Of a DNA stretch of 64,000 nucleotides, positions 26,375-36,117 are shown piece by piece; the stretch's first letter is position 1, and every line of letters begins with the position of its first letter. Both the position numbers and the translations under genes were made by a program. Under the pieces are notes generated by a model. That model did not search any database. It was not told the DNA's origin and saw only the letters and a program-made list of their open reading frames with translations. The stretch is from Eledone cirrhosa (Eukaryota), in NCBI GenBank assembly GCA_964016885.1, contig OZ024740.1, positions 73,780,001-73,844,000 of the forward strand. The letters run 5' to 3'.

Positions 26375-27274
26375 TTCAGTACATCTTATGGTATATACTA
26401 CATTTCTAGTTTTACAGTTAATATGGGGGCTTAATTTACAGATTATACATTTCTTATCTATACAGGGAGGTCTTTGAAAATGGTATGTATTGCTAATAAG
26501 TGTTATAATAAGTGTTTTTATGGAGGTACCTCCATAAAAACACTTATTAGCAATACATAACCTTTTCAAAGACCTCCCTGTATAAATAAGAAATGTATAA
26601 TCTGTAAATTAAGCCCCCATATTAACTGTAAAACTAGAAATGTAGTATATAGCATAAGATGTACTGAAGAACAACGTAGAGATAAGAATATAGTGTACAT
26701 AGGTGAGACAGCTCGTAGTATAGGGGAACGGATAAATGAACACTGGCGAGAGCTTCAAGATAGTAAAGAATCATCTGTACTCCACCAACATGCTAAAATA
26801 GAACATACGGGTAAATTAGAGAACATAGAAATAAAAATAGAATCTACACACAGAAAAGACGCAATGTTTAGACAAATCACAAAGGCAATAAACTCCAACC
26901 AAAATTAAATAGAAAGCATGAATGGAACAGCAACATCACAACTTACAAAGGACCAAATGAAAACACACACACACATAGAACAAACAACCAATCAGTAACA
27001 TGTAAATAAACACACGCGCAAACTAAGCACACAACACACACAAAAACAAGATGGCGTAGGACAGAACAAAGGAGAGGCACAAAAACAAAGAAAAGAATCC
27101 CCAGTTACTGAAGAGGTCACAGAATGTGTGACGAAAGAACTTTGACAATATATAAACAACCATCTGGTTTTGGAACCAACCAACCGGAAATTTATAAATT
27201 TAATTTATAATAAATTGAAGTGAAAGCAACAGGTGCATGTGTTTCTTATTGGCAACATGACCCTCCCAAAGTAT

Positions 27275-27280
<6 letters not shown>
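26375..27280 (+). mobile_element. Penelope-like element 3' fragment with an inverted 5' duplication
   Basis: GIY-YIG ([30 protein letters not shown]). The segment 26375-26527 is the reverse complement of 26528-26670, centred on GGAGGT|ACCTCC. Confidence 0.9.
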
Positions 27281-27312
<32 letters not shown>

Positions 27313-27342
27313 AGATCAAAAGATGGTTAAAAGAGTTCCAAG

Positions 27343-27413
27343 TATTTTATTATGCGCATTTCATAAACAAATATCATCACGAGATGATATCTGCGTTTTC
27401 ATCAGATAAAATA
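27343..27413 (-). ncRNA. Minimal type I hammerhead ribozyme (left arm copy)
   Basis: Minus strand: TATTTTAT-CTGATGA-stem II-GAAA-T-GCGC-A-TA-ATAAAATA. Confidence 0.75.
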
Positions 27414-28540
27414 GGGATACATGATATGAAGGTTAAAAAACACTTGTGAATAGTGAAGTTTTAAATCGACATATGAAAAATAATTTAAGATTGATGTGTG
27501 ATATTGGGAAAAAGTGTGGGGGTGGTTGGAAAGGGTAAGGAAGAGGAGGAGATGAGAGTAAAGAATGGTGGGGGGGGGAGTATAAGAAGGAAGGATGAGA
27601 GGCAGAGAGATGGGTGATAGAGAGAGAGATAGCCTTTACAACCGAGAAAAATATATATTGTCCCACAGAGAGAAGTTAAAAAGCCGTTGGAAGATAATAG
27701 ATAATTTAAAAGAATTTGAAATTAAAAGTTGATGAAGAGAAAAGGGGTTAAGAATAATATTAAATTAAGGTTTGTATATTGAAGGGTTTAATAATATGTG
27801 CGAGGAAAAGAAATTGTTAATATGTATTATTAAAATAAAAATATTAATGTTATTAAGGATATAACGTGAAAAGAAGTAGAAGAGTGGATGAGTTATGAAT
27901 TTAGAGGAATTAGTTAGTGTTTAAGTTTGTTTTTATGTAATGTAATATGTGTGCGTAATATGTGTAAATAGTTTGTTTAAAAATGAGCACACATATTACA
28001 TTACATAAAAACAAACTTAAACACTAACTAATTCCTCTAAATTCATAACTCATCCACTCTTCTACTTCTTTTCACATTATATCCTTAATAACATTAATAT
28101 TTTTATTTTAATAATACATATTAACAATTTCTTTTCCTCGCACATATTATTAAACCCTTCAATATACAAACCTTAATTTAATATTATTCTTAACCCCTTT
28201 TCTCTTCATCAACTTTTAATTTCAAATTCTTTTAAATTATCTATTATCTTCCAACGGCTTTTTAACTTCTCTCTGTGAGACAATATATATTTTTCTCAGT
28301 TGTAAAGGCTATCTCTCTCTCTATCACCCATCTCTCCGCCTCTCTCATCCTTCCTTCTTATACTCCCCTCCCCCCCCCCACCATTCTTTACTCTCATCTC
28401 CTCTTCCTTACCCTTTCCACCCCCACCCCCCCCCCCACACTTTTTCCCAATATCACACATCAATCTTAAATTATTTTTCATATGTTGATTTAAAACTTCA
28501 CTATTCACAAGTGTTTTTTAACCTTCATATCATGTATCCC

Positions 28541-28611
28541 TATTTTATCTGATGAAAACGCAGATATCATCTCATGATGATATTTGTTTTTGAAATGCGC
28601 ATAATAAAATA
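28541..28611 (+). ncRNA. Minimal type I hammerhead ribozyme (right arm copy)
   Basis: 8-bp stem I TATTTTAT/ATAAAATA, CTGATGA at 28549-28555, long stem II (AAAC..AGATATCATC/GATGATATTT..GTTT), GAAA at 28592-28595, stem III with palindromic GCGC loop, AUA cleavage triplet. Confidence 0.8.
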
Positions 28612-28655
28612 CTTGGAACTCTTTTAACCATCTTTTGATTTTATATTATTTATAT

Positions 28656-28840
28656 GGATTGGCAGTATTGGTAGAGGGTCGGACGCCATGCTTTGACGTA
28701 TAGAGTTACGGCCCTTGCTATTCTGAGTTCAAATCCCGCCGAGGTTAACTTTGCCTTTCATCCTTACGGGGTCGATAAAATAAAGTACCAGTAATGCACT
28801 GGGTATTTGCTGGCCTTGTGCCTAACGTAGAAACAATTAT
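28656..28840 (+). mobile_element. Full-length tRNA-derived SINE
   Basis: A and B boxes, full body. TSD ATTATTTATA at 28645-28654 and 28836-28845. Confidence 0.9.
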
Positions 28841-29037
28841 TTATACTCCAGTCCTACAAACTGTAGAGTGCTACTTATCCGATATTTGCATTGCTTTATT
28901 GTATATATATATATATATATATAATTGTTTCTACGTTAGGCACAAGGCCAACAATTACCCAGTGCATTACTGGTACTGTGCATACATATATGTATATACC
29001 TAAATATCCATATACATACATATATGTGTATACATAC

Positions 29038-32000
29038 ATGTATATACCTAAATATCCATATACATACATATGGACAAATTCACCTCTTGGACGAGAATGC
29101 GAGCACTCCTCATTGTTTCGACCGCGGACGGCTAACATAACCCCATCCCCCCCCCCCGCCCCTCACCGCCCCCAACCCCCAAACGCAATCCAAAACTTCA
29201 GAGTTGGTACCATAAATGTAGGCACCCTAAAGGGTCGCGCTAACGAGGTTGTAGAAATGCTTGAACGTAAGGAGGTCGATGTTTGTTGTATTCAAGAGAC
29301 CAGGTGGAGGGGTGGGTCTGCTAGGTTCATTGAGGGTAAAAAACGATGTTATAAGCTTTTCTGGGTGGGAAACGACGATGGGCTGGGTGGAGTAGGAATC
29401 ATGGTAGCAGAAAAGTGGGCAGATAAGATAATAGACGTAAATAGAGTGAACGACAGAATAATTAAAATACGACTTGTCCTCAATAGAACTACGGTGACAG
29501 TAATATCTGCGTACGCACCCCAATCCGGACTGCCCGGCACTATAAAAGACAGATTCTATGAGACACTGATGCTAACTACCTCCCAAATATCCGACAGTGA
29601 CTATATAATTATCGCAGGCGACCTAAATGGTCACGTTGGACAACATTGTGACGGCTACGACGAAATCCATGGAGGCTATGGGTTTGGTACTAGAAATGAG
29701 GAAGGCTCCAGAATCCTGGAATTCTGTGATGCAAATAACCTAACTATCTGTAACACTAACTTCAAAAAACGTGACAATCACCTGATCACCTATAGATCCG
29801 GGGAACACACAAGCCAGGTAGATTATATCCTTACCAGAAGACGTGACAGAGTGTCTGTTGTTAACACTAAATCCCTCCCCCATGAAGAATGCACCTCCCA
29901 ACATAGACTGATAATTAGCGACCTCATAGTCAGGACGAGACGTACTCGACAACAGAAGAGGACTATCCTCAGGAGGAAAATATGGAAGCTAAAGGACCCC
30001 ACAGCCAGGAATAGATTTCAAAGCATATTACTTGATGCTTTCGACAGTAAGGAAGAACATTTAGAGTCGGACAATATAGAGGGAGAGTGGGAATTTCTGA
30101 AAGCAAACCTGCTGTTGGCGACAGACGAGGTCTGTGGCTGGAGCAGGCCTGTAGGCAGGAGGAGAGTAACATGGTGGTGGAACAGTAAGGTGGAGGGGTC
30201 AATTAAGGCGAAAAAGCAGGCTTGGAAAGTATGGCGGGATGGGGGAAGTAGAGAGGACTATCAAGTGGCCAGGAGGGAAGCTAGGAGACAAGTGTACTTA
30301 GCAAGAAGGGAAGCTGAGGAAAGAAAGTTCAAGCATGTTCTACAACGCGATGACCAAAAACGTGAGGTGTTCAGGATTGCTAGGCAATGCGTCAAGGAAA
30401 ACCGTGATATTGTCGGGGAGAAGTGTGTACTAAACGACGATGGCACACTTGCCATCACCGACTCTGATAAGAAGGTAGCTTGGAAGTGTCACTATGAAAG
30501 GCTACTAAATGAGGAGAATAATTGGGAGAAAGGCAGTCTCCCCCATATCGACCCAATAGAGGGACCAGCAGTGTTAGTCGAGGGGAGTATAATAAGTAAG
30601 GCAATCAAGGATATGAAGACGGGTAAGGTGGCTGGGCCTTCGGAAATAGTTGCTGAGATGCTGAAGGCATCTGGCACGGTGGGACACACCATGGTCACCC
30701 GCATAGTTAACCAAGTCGTACAGAATGGGGTTGTTCCGAAGGACTGGCATAGCAGCATCATCGTTAACTGTTATAAGGGTAAAGGAGACGCCCTAGATAG
30801 GAGTAACTATAGAGGCATTAAATTAATCGACCAGGTCATGAAGGTCACGGAAAAAGTAATAGCGCAACTAATCAGAGAGAGAATTGACCTAGATGAAATG
30901 CAGTTCGGGTTTGTGTCAGGCAAAAGTACCACAGACGCTCTTTTCATAGTACGACAACTACAGGAGAAGTACCTAGCTAAAGGTAAACCCCTCTACTTAG
31001 CTTTTGTCGACTTGGAGAAAGCCTTCGACAGAGTCCCCCGCTCCATTATCTGGTGGGCTCTTAGAAAACTAGGCGTTGACGAATGGCTTGTGAGGGCTAT
31101 ACAAGCCATGTATAAAGAAACAGTCAGCAAGGTTAGAATTAACAACGAATATAGTGAAGAGTTTAGCGTAAAAGTTGGCGTCCATCAGGGCTCTGTTCTC
31201 AGCCCACTACTATTTATTATTGCCCTTCAGGCTATAACAGAGGAGTTCAAGACAGGCTGCCCATGGGAACTCCTATACGCAGACGACCTGACACTCATAG
31301 CGGAATCAATGGCCGAGCTAGAGAAGAAATTCCAAACATGGAAGCACGGCCTAGAGTCAAAAGGACTTAAAATTAACCTGGCTAAGACCAAAGTACTAGT
31401 TTGTAGGAAAGAAAACAAGGCGGCGGTCCCTTCTGGGAAATGGTCGTGCTCGGTGTGTAGGAAAGGCGTAGGTAGAAACTCCATTTTATGTCCTAAATGC
31501 AAAGTATGGGTGCATAAAAGATGTAGTGGGATCACAGGTAAGCTAACTAAGAACATAGATTTTACATGTGGCCGGTGCTCTGGTGCAATAAGTAGCAGCA
31601 AGTGCCCACAAAATACTAGCTCTTTCAATTGCGCAGAGGGTTCTATAGAAATAGTGGACAGCTTCCGTTACCTGGGCGATAAAATCAGCAGTGGGGGAGG
31701 GTGCTCTGAAAGTACTGTAGCTAGAGTCAGAACTGGTTGGAAAAAGTTCAGAGAGCTTATACCACTATTAGCTGCTAAAGGGTTCTCACTAAAAATGAAA
31801 GGCAGGTTGTACGATGCCTGCATACGAACAGCAATGCTGCATGGCAGTGAGACCTGGGCATTGTGTGCAGAGGATATACGCAGACTAGAGAGGAACGAAG
31901 CTTGCATGCTCCGCTGGATGTGTAACAGTAATATACGTGAACGGCAAAGCATAAACGAACTAAGGAAAAAATTAGAGATAAGAGGGATCAGATGTTGTTT

Positions 32001-32232
32001 ACTCGAGAGAAGGCTACGTTGGTATGGACACGTGATGCGCATGAAAGTCGATAGCTGTATAACAAAGTGCAGGGCAATAAAGATAGACGGTAGTCACGGA
32101 ATAGGCAGACCTAGAAAAACCTGGGACGAGCTGATAAACTCCGACATCACACACTTACACCTCTCCAAGACAATGTCACTGGACCGAGACCTTTGGCGGT
32201 ACTCAGTAACAGAGAAGACCCGCCTTACCTAA
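29038..32232 (+). CDS. RTE LINE polyprotein: APE endonuclease + reverse transcriptase with an inserted PHD finger
   Basis: APE motifs GTINVGTL, CIQETRW, GDLNGHVG, VDYIL, SQHR. RT motifs DLEKAFDRV, GVHQGSVLSPLLF, LLYADD, FRYLG. C-terminal RLRWYGHVMR..GRPRKTW. The start is uncertain: the nearest upstream ATG (29038) comes from flanking repeat DNA. Confidence 0.9.
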   Translation: MYIPKYPYTYIWTNSPLGRECEHSSLFRPRTANITPSPPPAPHRPQPPNAIQNFRVGTINVGTLKGRANEVVEMLERKEVDVCCIQETRWRGGSARFIEGKKRCYKLFWVGNDDGLGGVGIMVAEKWADKIIDVNRVNDRIIKIRLVLNRTTVTVISAYAPQSGLPGTIKDRFYETLMLTTSQISDSDYIIIAGDLNGHVGQHCDGYDEIHGGYGFGTRNEEGSRILEFCDANNLTICNTNFKKRDNHLITYRSGEHTSQVDYILTRRRDRVSVVNTKSLPHEECTSQHRLIISDLIVRTRRTRQQKRTILRRKIWKLKDPTARNRFQSILLDAFDSKEEHLESDNIEGEWEFLKANLLLATDEVCGWSRPVGRRRVTWWWNSKVEGSIKAKKQAWKVWRDGGSREDYQVARREARRQVYLARREAEERKFKHVLQRDDQKREVFRIARQCVKENRDIVGEKCVLNDDGTLAITDSDKKVAWKCHYERLLNEENNWEKGSLPHIDPIEGPAVLVEGSIISKAIKDMKTGKVAGPSEIVAEMLKASGTVGHTMVTRIVNQVVQNGVVPKDWHSSIIVNCYKGKGDALDRSNYRGIKLIDQVMKVTEKVIAQLIRERIDLDEMQFGFVSGKSTTDALFIVRQLQEKYLAKGKPLYLAFVDLEKAFDRVPRSIIWWALRKLGVDEWLVRAIQAMYKETVSKVRINNEYSEEFSVKVGVHQGSVLSPLLFIIALQAITEEFKTGCPWELLYADDLTLIAESMAELEKKFQTWKHGLESKGLKINLAKTKVLVCRKENKAAVPSGKWSCSVCRKGVGRNSILCPKCKVWVHKRCSGITGKLTKNIDFTCGRCSGAISSSKCPQNTSSFNCAEGSIEIVDSFRYLGDKISSGGGCSESTVARVRTGWKKFRELIPLLAAKGFSLKMKGRLYDACIRTAMLHGSETWALCAEDIRRLERNEACMLRWMCNSNIRERQSINELRKKLEIRGIRCCLLERRLRWYGHVMRMKVDSCITKCRAIKIDGSHGIGRPRKTWDELINSDITHLHLSKTMSLDRDLWRYSVTEKTRLT

Positions 32233-32628
32233 ATATATAGTAAAACCTACTCCAGCCAGTAGGCATCTCTAACAAAATACACCCCGTCACACCACCCCCA
32301 CCCGATCCACACCACCCCGTTCTATGTAAAGTTATGTTGGTGCCGCGCCATCAAGGCCGAAACAAATGAGATCGTGTAGGTGTCACGACAAAAAAACACA
32401 CAGTCCACGCTGTAATGTGGCCGTGTAGGCAACACGGTAAAAACCTCCCAGACCCACACTGTAAATGTGGTTGGTGTTAGGAAGGGCATCCAACTGTAGA
32501 AAACCTGCCAGACAGTCCTATGCGAGCAAGACAATCACTCTTGCCTCAAGTGGGACTACCCCCGTCCAAACCCATGCAAGCGTGGAACACGGACGTTAAA
32601 CGTTGATGATGATGATGATGATGATGAT
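29072..32628 (+). mobile_element. Near full-length RTE-clade LINE with 3' UTR and (GAT)n tail
   Basis: Single uninterrupted EN-RT frame, ~370-bp 3' UTR and (GAT)n tail at 32605-32628. Flanked on both sides by the same minisatellite. Confidence 0.95.
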
Positions 32629-33045
32629 GTGTATACATACATGTATATACCTAAATATCCATATACATACATATGTGTATACATACATGAATATACCTAA
32701 ATATCCATATACATACATGTATGTGTATACATACATGTATATACCTAAATATCCATATACATACATATATGTGTATACATACATGTATATACCTAAATAT
32801 CCATATACATACATGAATATACCTAAATATCCATATACATACATGTATGTGTATACATACATGTATATACCTAAATATCCATATACATACATGAATATAC
32901 CTAAATATCCATATACATACATGCATATATACATATATATGTGTGTATACATACATGTATATATACATATATGTGTGTATACATACATGTATATACATAC
33001 ATACACACATGTATATATACATATTTATGTGTGTATACATACATG

Positions 33046-33077
<32 letters not shown>

Positions 33078-33185
33078 CACACATGTATATATACATATTT
33101 ATGTGTGTATACTTACATGTATATACATACATATATACACACATGTATATATACATATATATGTGTACATACATGTATATACATA
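32629..33185. repeat. Minisatellite (TATACCTAAATATCCATATACATACATG-based) grading into TA/CA microsatellite
   Basis: The same unit occurs at 28990-29072 on the other side of the LINE. Confidence 0.9.
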
Positions 33186-33540
33186 AATAAACATTCAAAG
33201 TTATGGATGTCATGATTGAGATAATCTTGAACATGTGGCCCGTCTCCCAAAATCAACTCATAGAAAAAATTCAAAGAATAAATCCGAGCATTAATCATTA
33301 TAAAATAGTGAATAACATATATATATATACAGACAAATATCCAATGATATAAACGTATAATAATACATATCAAACTTTAACAAGAGACAATCTGTTAAAG
33401 TTTGATATGTATATATAACAAACTCCCATTTGCATCAGTGGCCAACCAAGGAAGGTTGGCTATAGAAAGTATAGCATCGGTGGTGGTGCCCCAGCATGGC
33501 TTCAGCGCCTTGACCGGAACACACAAATAATTAAATAAAT

Positions 33541-33601
<61 letters not shown>

Positions 33602-34512
33602 GGTGTATACATCAATATTTCCCCACCTGGCGCTCACCTTTTTCTCTTCTTCATATATGTGTGTCTTACATCTGTGTCCTAGAAACTAACAAACAATAAC
33701 ACCAACTTTCCACCGACCCTAGTTTAACCGACAGGAAAAAAAAAAAAAAAAAAAACATAAATAAGGAACATTTCATCTAATTATTTGTATTTCTCTAATC
33801 TGCGCAGGTAGTTATTTCTATGTTTGATGTCAAAATCTTAAGGGTACCCACCCCTATAAGAAAAAAAAAAATAATAATAATTACAACACAAGATCTATGT
33901 TTGGGGTTCTTTTCTTTTTTCAGAAAATAATTATAATAGCTAAATTTGAAAAAGGAGATCTATAAACCCCTCGGTGAAGGTAAGACATTATTAAAAGGAG
34001 ATGCAAAATATATGATGACAACTTACCTTATATATCTGTTCGGTAACTTTATGTGCTTCTTCACTGTTCTTCATAATTTAAAGTTGTATTTTCGTCTTCT
34101 TTGCTGTTGGAAGTTTAATAATAATTTTTTTATTATTAATTGTAACAGTGGTAATCCTGTGGATTCCTACTCGTAAGCTAATAAATTATTCCTGAATATG
34201 TATGTACGTTTGTTTCGTTCTTAACGCAAACAGTTGTGTGACACTCTTGTTTTTATCGTCTCGCAAAGTGTGTGCGTATGTATGTGTGTGTAGGAGTGGG
34301 AGAAGGGAAATCGTCGATAGTAAATCTACGATGACTTTTTCAGGCCAAATCGTTGTATATACAGTCACACACATGTATATACAATAAACAAATAACAGTT
34401 ATATGTACGAACAGATTTATACAAAAAATGTATGTTTTTTTTATGTTTGTTGAGAGATTATGATGTGTGTATGTGTATACGTGTATCTATCTACCTATCC
34501 CCCCTCTCCCCT

Positions 34513-34552
<40 letters not shown>

Positions 34553-34556
<4 letters not shown>

Positions 34557-34664
34557 GGTGTACACAACGCCACTAAACGATTTCAAAATATAATAATCCT
34601 TTTATTAAAAATTAATTGTAAAAAAAACTTATATCTTAAAATGGTCTAGTGACGTTTGGCCACC

Positions 34665-34669
<5 letters not shown>
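34553..34669. mobile_element. Tc1/mariner-type MITE
   Basis: Imperfect TIRs CAGGGTGTACACAACGCCACTAAAC / GTCTAGTGACGTTTGGCCACCCTCTG within microsatellite flanks. Confidence 0.55.
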
Positions 34670-34712
<43 letters not shown>

Positions 34713-34720
34713 ATATATAT

Positions 34721-34754
<34 letters not shown>

Positions 34755-34760
34755 TATATA

Positions 34761-34948
34761 TAGGTAAAATTCCGTTATAACGAATACCATTATAACGAAT
34801 TTTTTCAGTATAACGAAATTTGTTTTCAATCCCTAAGGTAATAACAAACACTCGCTTTGTTTCGGTCGATCTCGTTATAAAGAAATTTTCATAACAACGA
34901 ATATTTTTTTTTATACCCCGTGAATTTCGTTATAATGGAATTTCAATA
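34761..34948. mobile_element. Tigger/pogo-type MITE
   Basis: TIRs AAATTCCGTTATAACGAA / TTCGTTATAATGGAATTT, internal TATAACGA repeats, TA flanks. Confidence 0.7.
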
Positions 34949-34986
34949 TATACACACACACGCACACACACAAACATATATATATA

Positions 34987-35400
34987 TTGTTATATTTTGG
35001 AAGGGCTATGATGCCAATAAAAACACACGATCCCCTTGATTTTTACTTCAACAGTCGGTTATTTTAATAACCCGATGGTTGTTTAGTTGTTGATTGTCAT
35101 CAAAGCCATTTCGTCACACATTGTGACCTCCTCAGTAGCTACTTTTGTTTGTTTTTTTGTGTCTCTCCTTTGTCGAAGATGGTGCAGGATAGAACAAAGG
35201 AGAGTCACAAAATAACAACGAAAGTAGTCACTGAGGAGGTCACAGAATGTGTGACGAAAGAGCTTTGATGACAATCAACAACTAAACAACCATCTGGTTA
35301 TTAAACTAGCCAACTGGGAAACTATAATAATAAATTGAAGTGAAATCTAACAGGTGTGTATGTTTTTATTGGCAGCATGACCCTCCCAAAGTATAACAAT
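34987..35400. mobile_element. Inverted pair of Penelope-like pLTR ends
   Basis: 34987-35174 is an imperfect reverse complement of 35191-35400. Both arms carry the CTGAGGA-GGTCAC..GTGAC-GAAA motif. Confidence 0.8.
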
Positions 35401-36117
35401 ATCTGTTTCGAGAAACGAACTATATATATATATATATATATATAATGGGGGAGGGGGTCAACTAAGTTGGCCCCTGTGTGTTACTGTTATTTTATTTTAT
35501 CAACTCTGTAAGGATGAAAGGTAAAGCTAACCTCGGCGGAATTCGATTCAGAACTATATGCCGCAAAGCTACCGCCTTCCTTAATATAGATCTCTAGCAC
35601 AAACACAAGGCCACGGAAACATAAATGATAAATTTGATTCGGACAGGATTTGAACATGGAACTTAAAGCGGTGTGATTAAACACCACAACGCAATATTGT
35701 CCGTTGCTCTATCGATTCCACCAAATCCTTTAATTCTTTATAAATGTGGGGCTGCCGCGAGATAGGGGGGGGGGGTATAGCTGCCGTGGGAGGGGGATTG
35801 CCGGAGGTTGGGGGACGCCTAACCGGAAGCAGGAGGACGGGGGCGACTCGAGGGACCAGGCAGTCAACAGAGGTATTTTAGCTATACGCCCTGCAAGGTG
35901 ACGGACGTGCGAAGACGGAAGCGAGCGGAAAGAACCTCCACGTGGATCAGAGAGACGCAAGGTAAGTCCGAATGCCTCCGGCTACAAGCTATTTCGGCGT
36001 TTAATGAAATCTCCCATCTTTCGGCAACCCTTTAGTTTACCTTTAAAAACATTTTTTTTTCTTTTTTTGTTCTCTTTTGTGGGGTATCGTTGATTTCTTT
36101 CCGATCTCGCAGGGGAG

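Larger units (their letters stand above)
27305..28649. repeat. ~1.35-kb near-perfect inverted repeat (two ~650-bp arms, 32-bp spacer)
   Basis: 27305-27954 is the reverse complement of 27987-28649 (e.g. TTAAGTTTGTTTTTATGTAATGTAATATGTGTGC / GCACACATATTACATTACATAAAAACAAACTTAA). Confidence 0.95.

Noticed and set aside
25624-26569. Many ORFs rich in YI/CV/HT (also at 1207-1540, 32596-33234, 45159-45647 and 48799-49376)
   Set aside because: They are translations of TA/CA microsatellites, which lack stop codons. Not genes.
28891-29037. N-terminal extension of the 1113-aa ORF
   Set aside because: It reads through (TA)n, an antisense SINE tail and a minisatellite from a TTG start. It is not part of the LINE.
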